DNA of 64,000 nt from Pecten maximus (taxonomy: Eukaryota), in contig NC_047022.1 in the NCBI RefSeq assembly GCF_902652985.1, positions 17,298,001 through 17,362,000 of the forward strand, given 5' to 3'. The translations under genes were made by a program, and so were the position numbers. The notes beneath the pieces are model-generated. The model was not told the DNA's origin. It did not search any database and saw only the letters and a list, made by a program, of their open reading frames with translations. Within the stretch, counting starts at the first letter, position 1. Each line of letters opens with the position of its first letter. Positions 24,614 through 42,416 of this stretch are shown one piece after another.

Positions 24614-25826
24614 CGTTGTAACTTATTACTCTGTACTTTGTGTATATAAAATATTGTTTTGTTATTATTAAATTCAAATATGTCAAATGGATTTTTCAAG
24701 TTTTGTTTTGATGTTAAAATGAGACAAAATTTGTAGTAAAGAAAAAGTAGTATCCAGACGGCAAGAGGACCAGCACATAGCAGGGCATTATACGAGGTGT
24801 TTATGGGAGGAAAGTACATTTCTCTTACTCTGGACAGGTGTAATTTCCTTATCACAGATTGCAGGAGGCTGGATGGAGTTGTTTCCTGATTGGAGACTTT
24901 CAGATCAATTCTTTCAGAAAAGCTTCTTAAATCCAGTAATTTGAAAAAAAATTTTGGAGGTATTTTAATTGGAAATCAGATTTAAATACCCTGGCCAGGA
25001 ATAAGACATTGTTTTTCTGTCGGTGCAAAGTGTTTAAAGCTTGTTACATGATTCACTCGATTTTACCAATTTTTTTTCTTCAGATTTTGTCACATGGTTA
25101 AAATCTGCAGCAGTCACAACAACAAAGTACAGTTTATCTTTATCAGAAGGCAAACTTTCACGACTCTCTCAACAATGTGTCTCAAAATATTCACTTGAAA
25201 ACTGGGACTAGATGCCGTCCTTATGATAATAAAAATACAAACAATGACGGACAAACTACATTTATTAGTACATGAATATGTATTTAACATTGTACAATGC
25301 AGAAAATATTGATATATATTCAGAGGTTTAAAATGTTAGATAACAGATAAAAATGTTATGTTTTATAAACTCAGGTTAATCATAGTTAAACTGTTGACAT
25401 TAAAGAGACCAGAGATTTTTTATCAGACATTTCGTAACATCACAAAAAAAACAAGTTTTTCATCCATTTTGATTCTGCAAGTGATGAATAATCCGGAATG
25501 GCCACGGCAGAAGAAAAACAGCTCTGAAATATAATCAGCTTCTGTGTTTGACACTGCTACGATTCATCTGAGGTAATTACACTTTCTCAGTATTCTCTGA
25601 CCAGAAACCAAAGGTTATTTCTTTTTCTAGAAGCAGTAAGCACTTCAATATGAGATTGCAGTCTTTCCCCTTCCAACTTCTTGCTGTGTAAATCGATGAA
25701 ATGAATAATGGCAAATGTAAAGCCGTCATCACCTAAAAGGTTTTACTTTTCTAGCTCGTTGACTGACATGAGCAGGGCTAGCTCCATCGAAAGTTAACAT
25801 TCAGCACTGCTGCACCTCGACAGAAA

Positions 25827-28800
25827 TTAAAAGTCATCATCGTCGTCTGGCAAGGAGATGTTTTTGGCCTGTTATCAGAAATAAAATTACAGATATACAA
25901 TATGATAATTATGGCTCAATATTCAAAAAGTGAATATTCCATATCTATAAAATTATTGTTAGAGGAATATATCCTCTTTCATCATGCCTTCCCGTAAAAC
26001 TTGACTGTTAGTCAACAATCATATGGATTGTATATATTGACTTGTATGCAAGATAATATTTCTTAACAATATTTTTTTTTTCCAATATTAGATATCAAAA
26101 AACCATTGTGTAAAAAAGTGTACTTTTTCCTATAATATCTTATGACTGTACATTTTAAAATCATATTGGAATACATGTATATGAAAATAATGAAATTTAT
26201 AGTATTCACTAAGAAAATTTAAAGACAGTGAGATTACTGATAAAATTCATCTAAACAAACCTCGTCCATCTCCTTCTCAAGTTGGGCGATTCTATCTTTG
26301 TCAATGACAACCATTGGTGGTAACAAGCCACAACAACCGGCAGCAAACTGAAGCTGGGGGTCGCCAACAAGTTGCCGTGCCAACCACAAAAATGGTTTCT
26401 CGTAGTTGTAGTTGCTCTTGGCACTCAGGTCATAGTACTGCAATTAGAGGGGAAAATTTGAATGCAATAAAAACAGATGGCCTTCATGTTGAAACGTAAA
26501 TATTTTGATTTGATCTTTGAATTGTAGACAGATTTAATAAAGTTTTATTGGTGGTTTACTTATAGATTCTTTATTGTTGTACAAACTATTTTAATTGTAG
26601 AAGAAAATATGAACTTCCAGGTATTTCATTTAAAGCTTCATTTTTATATTCCCGCTGATGGAATTAAAGTCAAGAAAAAATCTGTCAATAATGCATAGAT
26701 TTTAAAGATGGAATCTAAATTGGAAATTGGAAGGTAATTAAATACAGGCACCCTCCTATGACTCGGTTTGTTGGGTGGCTCCTGGAAAGCCATCCTCCTA
26801 TGACCTGGCTGTTGATGTCTCCTTGACACCTACCCTCCTATGACCCCTGGCTGTTGGTGTCCCCTTGACACCTACCCACCTATGACCCTAGCTGTTGATG
26901 TCTCCTTGACACCTACCCTCCTATGACCCCTGGCTGTTGATGTCTCCTTGACACCTACCCACCTATGACCCTAGCTGTTGATGTCTCCTTGACACCTACC
27001 CACCTATGACCCTAGCTGTTGATGTCTCCTTGACACCTACCCACCTATGACCCTAGCTGTTGATGTCTCCTTGACACCTACCCTCCTATGACCCTAGCTG
27101 TTGATGTCCCCTTGAAACCCACCCTCCTATGACCCTTTCTGTTGGTGTCTCCTAGACACCCACCCTCCTGTGACCCCTTGCTGTTGGTGTCCCCTTGAAA
27201 CCCACCCTCCTATGACCCCTTGCTGTTGGTGTCCCCTTGAAACCTACCCTGGCTGTTGGTGTCTCCTTGACACCCACCCTCCTATGACCCCTTGCTGTTG
27301 GTGTCCCCTTGAAACCTACCCTGGCTGTTGGTGTCTCCTTGACACCCACCCTCCTATGACTCTAACTGTTACCATAATTAGGTTTTACCCAATATAAATA
27401 AATAATAAATTTATCTGTTTTCTAAAGTTAATTAATTGCCTCTCAACTTTTGCAATCTGTAAGTAATGTGTGGCTGTTACAATACTGACCTGTAGGTTAT
27501 GTTTTCTGTGAAATCTGATGAGCTTTGCGGGAACTTTGCGGTCCTTGACATCCACTTTGTTACCACAGAGAACCATGGGAACATTTACACAAACTCGTGA
27601 CAGGTCCCGATACCAGTCTGGGACATTTCGATAGGTGATGCGGGATGTTACATCAAACATGATGATAGCACATTGCCCTACAAATCGAAGAGTAACAGAC
27701 AAATATTACCGTAAATATCCTGTTATAAGCCCATTTCAATATGTAAACTTTTGACTCAAAGTAGGAGGTAAGCTTTAAACTTGCAGGGCAATAAAATGTT
27801 TTTTTTTTCTTTAAATTTACTGAACTGCCATAAACAATGTAGCGTTTTACCAGACATAAGCTTATTCATCTTTGCTTGCAGAGGGTGTTCAATACGATAA
27901 TTTTGAAAAGAAATGTACTGGATGTTCCTGAGTTTCAGATGAAGTAAAAGATAAGTCGGTAGAATAACCAGGTATTTTGATATAGAAAGTGTAAAAGCTT
28001 AGGATTCTCAAATCATAATGACAGATATTGATAAAGTAGTTTTCTTTTTCATTGTGAGGAAAATTTTCATGCACAAAAATGATTTACTTATTTATTTAAC
28101 GAGTTTTACGTTCGCTGTTATATAAGCCATGGGGCCTTTCAACTGATGAGTTTCATTGATGCGAATTGATTACATTCATTATTTATACACAAGTTTCCAA
28201 GCATTGGGAGTCCATAAAAAAAGTCCACAGGTACCAGAATCAATTTTTTACACCTAGCTAGCAAGCAAAGAAATATGTATATCCTTTCCACAGGGACTCG
28301 GAACTTTAATTCCAAACATACAGTCTAAACAAAGAACATGTATATATTTTACAAAAATTGACTGCTGGTTTGATCTTTAGTAATATATGGACTGTGGGTT
28401 CGGAATAGCACCCAGTCCCTGTGATCTTTGGTAATATATGGACTGTGGGTTCGGAATCGCACCCAGTCCTTGTGATCTTTTGTAATATACGGACTGTTGG
28501 TTGGGAATCGCACCCAGTCATTGTGATCTTATGTAATATATGGACTGTGGGTTGGGAATCCCACACACGGACTGTGATCTTATGTAATATATGGACTGTG
28601 GGTTGGAAATCACACCCAGTCATTGTGATCGTATGTAATATATTGACTGTGGGTTGGAAATCGCACCCAGTCCCTGTGATCTTTTAAATATATGGACTGT
28701 GGGTTGGAAATCGCACCCAGTCCCTGTGATCTTTTGTAATATATTGACTGTGGGTTAGGAATCGCACCCAGTCTCGGTGATCCTTTGTAATGTATGGACT

Positions 28801-31800
28801 GTGGGTTGGGAATCGCACCCAGTCCCTGTGATCTTTTGTAATATATGGACTGTGGGCTCGGAATAGCACCCAGTCCCTGTGATCTTTTGTAATGTATGGA
28901 CTGTTGGTTGGGAATCCCACCCAATCCCTGTGATCCTTTGTAATGTATGGACTGTGGGTTGGGAATCGCACCCAGTCCCTGTGATCTTATGTAATATATG
29001 GACTGTGGGCTCGGAATAGCACCCAGTCCCTGTGATCTTTTGTAATGTATGGACTGTTGGTTGGGAATAGCACCCAGTCCCTGTGATATTTTGTAATATA
29101 TGGACTGTGGGTTGGGAAAAGCACCCAGTCCCTGTGATATTTTGTAATATATGGACTGTGGGCTCGGAATAGCACCCGGTCCCTGTGATCTTTTGTAATA
29201 TATGGACTGTGGGTTGGGAATAGCACCCAGTCCCTGTGATATTTTGTAATATATGGACTGTTGGTTGGGAATCGCACCCAGTCCCTGTGATATTTTGTAA
29301 TATATGGACTGTGGGTTGGGAATAGCACCCAGTCCCTGTGATATTTTGTAATATATGGACTGTTGGTTGGGAATCACATCCAGTCCCTGTGATATTTTGT
29401 AATACATGGACTGTTGGTAGGGAATAGCACCCAGTCCCTGTGATATTTTGTAATACATGGACTGTTGGTTGGGAATCACACCCAATCCCTGTGATATTTT
29501 GTAATACATGGACTGTTGGTTGGGAATAGCACCCAGTCCCTGTGATATTTTGTAATACATGGACTGTTGGTTGGGAATAGCACCCAGTCCCTGTGATATT
29601 TTGTAATACATGGACTGTTGGTTGGGAATCACACCCAATCCCTGTGATATTTTGTAATATATGGACTGTTGGTTGGGAATCACACCCAATCCCTGTGATA
29701 TTTTGTAATACATGGACTGTTGGTAGGGAATAGCACCCAGTCCCTGTGATATTTTGTAATACATGGACTGTTGGTTGGGAATCACATCCAGTCCCTGTGA
29801 TATTTTGTAATACATGGACTGTTGGTAGGGAATAGCACCCAGTCCCTGTGATATTTTGTAATATATGGACTGTTGGTTGGGAATCACACCCAATCCCTGT
29901 GATCCTTTGTAATATATGGACTGTTGGTTGGGAATCACACCCAGTCCCTGTGATATTTTGTAATACATGGACTGTTGGTTGGGAATCACACCCAATCCCT
30001 GTGATATTTTGTAATACATGGACTGTTGGTAGGGAATAGCACCCAGTCCCTGTGATATTTTGTAATACATGGACTGTTGGTTGGGAATCACATCCAGTCC
30101 CTGTGATATTTTGTAATACATGGACTGTTGGTAGGGAATAGCACCCAGTCCCTGTGATATTTTGTAATATATGGACTGTTGGTTGGGAATCACACCCAAT
30201 CCCTGTGATCCTTTGTAATATATGGACTGTTGGTTGGGAATCACACCCAGTCCCTGTGATATTTTGTAATACATGGACTGTTGGTTGGGAATCACACCCA
30301 ATCCCTGTGATCCTTTGTAATATATGGACTGTTGGTTGGGAATCACACCCAGTCCCTGTGATATTTTGTAATACATGGACTGTTGGTTGGGAATCACACC
30401 CAGTCTCTGTGATATTTTGTGTTGCGTTGTCTTTACCTTGTATGTAATATCCATCTCTCAGACGTCCATATTTCTCCTGCCCTGCAGTATCCCACACATC
30501 AAACTGAATTTCACCGCGGGTCGTGTAAAACTTCATTGGATGTACCTCAGCACCGATAGTAGCTACAAAACAATGATTATCCCGGATACAATATACATGT
30601 CACCCTGTGATGAAGAAGATTGTCCATAGCGTGAAAGGTATTGATGAGAAGGAGGAGGAGATATATATCAAAACATTTTGAAACTTATTTTCATAATGGT
30701 TAGGAGAAGGATTGTTTTGTTTTTATGGGTGAGGTGTATTGAGTCAATGAAGATGATGATACATGATGGTACCCATCCACATACAATATTCTAGGTGTGG
30801 AAGAAAATGTGTGTGTGGATCTTTATGTAATGTAAACAACTTCAAAATGTTTTTAAAATATATATGAAAAAAAAAAAAAAGGGGGGGGGGGTAAAAAAGA
30901 AATATCCTTGGGGAAAAAGAAAATAAGTAACTCTAAACCACAATACACTGAGAAATTGCTGCAATGTTCCTTCATGAATCACATAGTGTAGTATAATATA
31001 ATATAATGATATGTAAACAATGTTTATCCTCATTTTTTTCGCTGCCAATAGTTAAAATGCTTCTATTGTGTGTGCTTGTAGATACTGTGGTGCTTATGAG
31101 GTCAAATACAGTATACGACCTTGAGGTTGTTTAAAGTTCCTAGATTGCAGTATACAATAGTATATGTTAACTCAGAGCATTATTTAAATAATAGAATTAA
31201 GGTAATCTCGGGACCAAAATTTTTCGTTTTTTAATTATATTCTTTTAAAAATGTTGTGTACTGGAGACTTATTTCAGAATGAATACCCGATATATACAAG
31301 GTTTCACTTTACTGCACTCCCGCTTACCTATATACTTCTTTTCAAATTCTCCAGTCAAATGGCGTTTCACAAAAGTTGTTTTTCCAACGCCACCATCACC
31401 CACTACGATCAGCTTTAAATGTAAACAAGAAAATTAAAATAAGTGTCTACAAATCTTCAATTTCTATTGAAATTAACACAGATATAATAACAACACAGTT
31501 GGTCAAGACTTTCCTTTTTTTGTTTATCTGCCATGTTTCATATTGTTCCATTAACAATGAAAAAAAGTTACATCGTATATATCACAGGGGCTTGGCACGA
31601 TTTTCCAAATGATAGTCTATATATATATGTATATGTATAAATTATTTTTTTTAAAATACGTTCGTCTTCCCCCTCTTTGTAGTTACTACCCTTGATACTA
31701 TATACATATATATATGGACTATCATTTGGAAAATCGTGCCAAGCCCCTGTGGTATATATATACATACAGATTTCTGGTGAAATACATTGAGGATTCAATG

Positions 31801-31965
31801 GAGCACAGAGGTTCGTTACAAATGATATGATATCGCTAAATGTACAGCCCCTCTCATATATCATACCATTTGTATATATATAACGAACCCTGTGAATTCA
31901 TTTGTTTTTAGTTTTTTTTTTATATACATGCTTACCTTAAATTTGGGAACTGTCGGTGTAGCCAT
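25827..31965 (-). CDS. RAN: Divergent Ran GTPase paralogue (Ran-like), 215 aa, intact
   Basis: Coding exons 31965-31936, 31412-31328, 30562-30437, 27677-27490, 26437-26261, 25868-25827 (648 nt, all GT-AG, same intron positions as the neighbouring Ran). Motifs [23 protein letters not shown] and acidic tail LPDDDDDF*. Confidence 0.93.
26748..27360. repeat. 41-42 bp minisatellite, about 15 copies (Ran-like intron between coding exons 4 and 5)
   Basis: Unit GACACCTACCCWCCTATGACCCTAGCTGTTGATGTCTCCTT, with variant and partially deleted units at the right end. Confidence 0.95.
28370..30420. repeat. 51-bp minisatellite, about 40 copies (Ran-like intron between coding exons 3 and 4)
   Basis: Unit GTGATATTTTGTAATACATGGACTGTTGGTTGGGAATCACACCCAGTCCCT. 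It explains the 593-aa and 614-aa repetitive ORFs. Confidence 0.97.
31583..31751. mobile_element. MITE with long TIRs in TA-rich context
   Basis: CACAGGGGCTTGGCACGATTTTCCAAATGATAGTC / GACTATCATTTGGAAAATCGTGCCAAGCCCCTGTG form perfect 35-bp inverted arms that extend inward into TA-rich sequence. Confidence 0.8.
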
Positions 31966-33974
31966 GCCCTTTATCTTTATGAAACAAAATTCTTACTACG
32001 GAAAAAGAAAAAGAAATGTACATTTGATTTTATTTCTTAATTTCCAAACTATATTAAAACACTATTTTAATCTAACATATGTTTGCTTTGTGAGCACTAC
32101 TTCAAACATTGCTTCATCTAATAGATGATTTCTTAAGGAATACCGACAACTGTCGTTTAAAGTAGTCATAATTATATAAGAGTTATCTACCTTAGACCAT
32201 GAAATTACCTGATACAGGAGCAATTTCCAAAATACTTTCCGAAAATAAAACGAAAAAGTAATTCGCACATTGAACTATGAACGTTTTACAGCGGTATCTT
32301 GTACGATAAACTTACTTTACAAAATCAGCAGCCTACCTGCTTCAAGTTTCGTCTCTGAATGGAGGAGATTGTGGTGCAATATATGACCAGGATTGTACCA
32401 GCCATAACTGGTTGTAACCAGCTGAAAATCAAGCGAAAAAATTTCCACCATGATCATCTTATTCTTGTGTCATGGAAAATTACAGAATGTACCTCTGATA
32501 TTCTGAACTTAAAATAGACATTCTGTCATCTCGATCGCTTATAGACCGACAGGACCACTGAAATGTAATCATAGATTCATCTTTTTAGAAATATTGTGGA
32601 TGAAACTAGACGGTATCTACAGGATGGGGATACTATGTACAATTCAAGACACGAATTAGATACGGGGAAAATTAAAACATAAACTAAAAAATCTTCAAAA
32701 CTTGTTCAGATGAATTTTGATAATCGTCACAAAGTAAAATATATTTTGAGTCAGGAATTGGTTAATTCGTCAATAAAGATGTTACATTTAAACTAGTTAG
32801 TCCTAATCCATGTAGCCTAAATCTTGTAACTAGTTAATAAACACTGTTTAAGTATAGAAAATGGGAAAATAAATGTGTTTAATTTCAATGCTAAATACTG
32901 GCAACAAGAAGAACTCGAGATTCTGAAAACAGTTACTTAATATCCTATACCTAAGGTTTGTATAATTGAATTTGAACCTCAGATCGACATTTTCGGGTTT
33001 GTTTGATCAGAGACGTAAATATCACATACATATGTTAAACAGATCTGTAAGTCTCTAGTGTAATTAAGTGTATCACCACTTAATCGTTTTCAGTATCTAG
33101 TACTAGAAATGTTAGATGAAAAACAATCTACTCCTCAAATACAATTGAAAGCGTATATTACAATGTAGTGTGCATCAATCAAAATTTTGATTAACCCTAG
33201 CCATTGGTATATCATTAACAATTAAACAATACTTACTAGAGAAGATGGGAATAAATATGATTTGGGGAAATGCTTATTTTAAACACAAACAATGATTGAA
33301 AACTGTTTTTGTGAGCTTCGAAAGAATGAAAACGGCAGACGACCCATGCAATGTCTACAGGCATTCTGAGTAACCATTGATGTTTTGACTACTATACAAA
33401 ATGTATTCTACCTTTCTAACATCTGAGGCGGATCGTAATCCCTGGCAAGCGAAGTTGAGGCGAATCGCTACCCCTGTCTGATGAAGAACTTTAGTTTATC
33501 GTAAACCAAACGTTTGTTTTAAAATAAGGACAAACCTAGTGATTTTATGTTGCTTTCAGAAGAGATACCCAGGTTTAGACCATGATGGTATATTAACTAA
33601 ATCTGTGCAGGGGTCTACGAGATATCCTTGGCACAAGTTAATCACGGACGGACGGACCGATTACTTGTATTGTATATTGTACTGATGAGCTGTAAAGCTT
33701 AAAGTCAATAAAATGAATTGAATTGATTACTATTAACCCTCTTACTAAATTTTATAAAAGTATCTTGAAGGACATCCGAGATAGTTATCAATTATATTCT
33801 GGAAATATGAAATGAAGCAAGCCCTTCACTTGGTACCCGTCTTGAAGCATAGTAACAGAACAGAACATCCCTTATCTTCAGGAAGTCCATCACAAAGACT
33901 TAGAATACTGACTTCCATTTATGATGTACCCAGTGTTACCAGTGCGTGTGAACCTGGATGTTATGAAGACTCGA

Positions 33975-34420
33975 TTCCTCAACATTCCCAAGGAGACCTC
34001 ATAGGGGCAGAAACTTGGGACCGAACTTTTTTTTCAAACATAAATCTCCACAAGCTGAAGGTCAAAGGTCTAAACGACATACTTTGAAATGTCTTGCCTA
34101 TGTCAATTCATGCTAAGTATTAAGTCGAGAAACAGGCCGGTATACGTATATGCCGTCATGGTCTCGTCTTTACCCGAATTACCTTTTTTTGCCTTGCGAC
34201 GGACCCATGGTACCTCATAGGGGCAGAAACTAGGACTGATTGATAGAACCTTTTTTTCAGAAATAAATCTCCACCGGCTACAGGTCAAAACGACATATTT
34301 TGATACACAACGAAATGTCTTGCATATCATTTCATGACCCAAGTATTGCATTCAAACTATTTAGTCGATAAACAGGCCGGTATGTGCTGCCATGGTAGTG
34401 TTTTTACCCCAATTGCTCCG
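33975..34420. repeat. Two diverged 215-bp tandem units (probable HINE-like internal repeats)
   Basis: CCTCATAGGGGCAGAAACT..TTTTTTCA.A.ATAAATCTCCAC..AGGTCAAA..GAAATGTCTTGC..AAACAGGCCGGTAT at about 33998 and 34213. Confidence 0.6.
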
Positions 34421-36425
34421 GGCTAATTACCCCCTCCCGCCATATAAGGAGACCTCGCCTCCAAGATGAGCCTGGTTGTTCAAGGGGCGATAATCCCAAA
34501 CCAATTACAAGAAATGCACGATAGAACCCGAAGCCATTTTCTTTAATATACGGTCAAAATGCATTGCCTGGTCTAGGTGAACTGTATGCTCTTTGATACA
34601 CACCATCTTCCTATTGTCCCATCTGAAGGCTTCATTTTCCCCACAGAAACCTAGTTTTTTTTTTTGTGTACGGAAATAAGTAAGCACCATCCTTCTTGAG
34701 AGCCATACATGAACTTTGTAGAATTCAATATTAACATGGCAAGTGTATTTCCCAGTAATCTTGTATTCACTGAATGTTATTTGCAAGATCTGTTTCACTA
34801 TATAAGCAGTAAATGTATTGAATTATTATCATGATAAACAATGAAAAACAGACTTTTAAAGAATTTTGTTTTTTTATTGACAATAGGTCTGCATCTGTCA
34901 AACAAAACATGTATCACAAATCATACTTTACATTGTGATCTATAGTACAATTGGTTTACCGTGAAAAACAATGCTTATACATTGCCTTGAAAAATTAATT
35001 AGATCTTCAGACATTTAGTCTTCGACTTTGTTCTAATAATATCAAATTAACATATCTTTTCCACGAGAACTTAAATGATGCAAGTAACTTAAATGACGGA
35101 AGCAATATATTTAAAAACATGATCATAAAAAATCCTTTTTTAAACATTACACTTGATGTTCCATTTTGATAGTCTTCAAAATTATGTTATCACTGAATAG
35201 CTTATATATTACAAGTACATTCCACACGACATCACTGGAAAAAGGTTTAAATATTAAACAATCGCCATCAAACTGGAAAAGTTTTACAACAGTTATGAGC
35301 CATATTCTCCATCTGTCAGATATTATGAATATTCTGATATGGCTGATGTTAAAATAAAATCACCACAAGCAGCAGTCTTAAGAGTTATAATCTCTTTTTA
35401 ATATCAACTATTTTCAAATATTTCCCAAAACAAAAAAATTCAGGCCAAATCATTAAAACTTTATTCAACAATAATCCACTCCAAACAATATTGTTGCAAC
35501 CGAATACTTGGTCATAGAAAAAAAACACCATATATTATTATAACTCGCACAGGCAATAGGCATACATCTTCAATTACTATTTTCAGCAAGCAGTTGTTTT
35601 TGGCCATATGGACGATACATGTACACCTAGATTCCTTTATGAGAATATACAATATCTAGATAGTTATTTCCAAAAGGATTGTGCTGAATATCTGTTTACT
35701 TTGATTGCATTTTCCTTATCCTCAATTGCAGAAACATCAAGACAGCTATTTAACAACATCACAGTAGAACACCAATACAGGTGATAACGAACAAAAGAGA
35801 ATATTTGGTCTTCCCTTTGTATATTAATTCCGATTCAATTTGTCTATTCACTCCAGTGAGAATTGTTACAGTTCAGGGTCAGTTCACTACAGAAATCAAT
35901 CTGTCGCTATCAAAATTCCGAATTTGTCTTGTGCCAGCTGCTAACTCGAGTATCGCTGATGTAAAGTTCACTTAAACTGAATTCATCTGATTTGACTGTT
36001 ACAACATTTCTGAAATCCTAGGCAAACATCACAGGGAATCAGAAAGATTCATAACAATAAATAGGTGTCCATGAGGGAGATTGCTTTTGCGACATTCAAT
36101 GTCATTAGCTGGGCTATCCATGATCGCAATTTTTCTTACTAGTGATAAGCTCACGACTTCATTTACAGGTAGAAAAGTGGTATGTTTTTCGAAAAAACAA
36201 CATTGGTGACCTGAGTCGCAAGATTTCCACTAAACTTTTCGCAACATTCACATACGAAGAGCATAAACCTTTGCCAAAAATTCCCTCTAACATTGAAATG
36301 TCCCTGGTAATGATGGCTTAATGTATTATCACAAGTTTCTTATGTGACTCATTCCACAATCAATATCTATTTGTAGAGAGAATAGCGGAGGTTCATCCTC
36401 TTCGAACCATTAACACACTGTATGC

Positions 36426-40676
<4,251 letters not shown>

Positions 40677-40964
40677 TTGAAACCTGAAAAGTAAGACAAT
40701 GTGTTTTATTAAAAATTGTTAAACTAAGGGTTAAAGTGCAGGTTTGGTTAGCCAATCATTGCTTCACAGTCGGTACTGTCGCAATTTCAAGTCCACATAT
40801 AAGTTCAACAGAATAACACATATTTTCAATTTGTGGGCTGCCATTCAGCCGCATGAAATTTGTTCATGGTCAGCGAATAATGACACATTTTCACTGTAAG
40901 GATTTAAATTACAATAGGACAAAGTGCTAGCCAAACCACATTTCACTGAACTGAGGATAATTAT

Positions 40965-41110
40965 CAGGCCGATTCCCATCTGAGCACTTTGCAGGAATAT
41001 GTTTTTTTCCTGTTACTTTTTGCACTAAATTATATATGGAACGTGGTATATGGAGTTGTGTATCTTCAGGGTGACTGAGGGAGGAATGTAGCAGAAATGG
41101 ATTGGGCTGT
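40965..41110 (+). mobile_element. Degenerate tRNA-LTR TRIM family A remnant
   Basis: TCCTGTTAC LTR end (about 41016), internal GGAACGTGGTATATGG..GTATCTTCAGGG, PPT GAGGGAGGAA, then a TGTAGCAG LTR start. Confidence 0.45.
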
Positions 41111-42039
41111 AACAGGAAAGAGTAGTGTGCCTTCAGGATTCATCATGGATCAGACTCGAGACCCTCCACTTACTTGTCTGTGAAGCTAAATGGAAATCCC
41201 CATAGAAGGCCATCATATCACAATAAGTATGACTATTTAAAATTAAAACCTGCCACAGGATCTGGACTAATGCCTCATAGAACATGCATTTGCAGCACAG
41301 CGAATGTGATGGCAAGTGAGGACTACTGCTAACTGGTATTAAAAAATATAACCTAGTTGTGTCTCAAACAATAACTCGTTGGCTTCTCCCCATTGTTTTT
41401 TTTCAACAGCAAAAACAGTATCAGATTCCTTACCTCTGTTGTTATAAATGGTCGACAGCGCCAGAGTCAAAACGCAATATTTCTTTTTTTTCATCACATA
41501 AGTTACTTACCAGTGAAGTTGTTAGTACCAAAAGTGATCGCCTATTTCAAATTCACTTGTCAACTGGTGGACACTATGTAAGTTAAAATTTTATTGTGTA
41601 ATGTTTAAATGTGTAAATTGCGTACAGATCCGGCAAAAACCAAAATAAACCGGTTTCGCAATAAGGTGTTCACTACATAAATAGAAATCACGTGTATAAA
41701 TTAGTTTCAATATTGTAAATCAAAACAGCACGTCAAAGACAATATCTTACAATAATCATGACAAAACGTCTATGAATAGAGTTAAGAAAAGGGACGACGT
41801 GCATATTCTACGTAACAAAGAATTATACGGGACTTTCCAGAATGGTTGGTAAAAATATGTATCTGAAAATCCCAAATTACGACTTTTTGAATAATAAAAT
41901 TAAGTTAATTTTATCTGAAAAATATCTATTTACAAAATTGCTAACACAAGTAATTCAAACAAACGATGATTACGTTGATATTCCTGGATTAAACCTTACC
42001 ACTAGTCAGGTGAAATAAATACCGCTCTGTGATGGATTA

Positions 42040-42250
42040 CTCAAACAGGAAGTTGGTGTTTAAGCTATTTTTGGCGCGAAAGAGGGTGCAATATTATCAG
42101 TATGACCACAAATATTGACAAATGTAGTAAATAATTATGAATATTTGGAAGTTACAGATTAATGCACGATTCACAATGCTTAAATATTGTTCAGTTATTA
42201 AGACACGAATATTTTATACCTCGGAAGACCGGAAGTAGGAAACACCACAT
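42040..42250. promoter_or_regulatory. Candidate bidirectional promoter between Ran and syntaxin-1
   Basis: TTTGGCGCGAAA (42070-42081, E2F consensus), ACAGGAAGT (42045) and CCGGAAGT (about 42229) ETS motifs. They lie between the Ran 5' donor (about 41999) and the STX ATG (42417). Confidence 0.55.
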
Positions 42251-42416
42251 CGCACCTGCGCAAAACTGTTGTAATGGTTTCATGGTAGACAATATTAAAA
42301 TTGTATTGATCTTACATGTTTTATCGCAAGTCATGAAGCTTATATGACTCCTGGAACGTTTATTTTACCGTTTTACACCATCTGCGACAAGTTAGGTTAA
42401 AAACCTTCCATGCAAG

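Noticed and set aside
28610-30454. 614-aa repetitive ORF as a stand-alone gene
   Set aside because: It is a by-product of a 51-bp (17-codon) minisatellite inside an intron whose flanking exons splice in frame to give a complete Ran-like protein.
41130-41220. Possible C/D-box snoRNA on the minus strand of the Ran 5' intron (ATGATG..CTGA..ATGATGA..CTGA)
   Set aside because: Only 3 nt separate the last C-like and D boxes, and I could not identify an rRNA or snRNA complement. A snoRNA covariance-model search would be needed.
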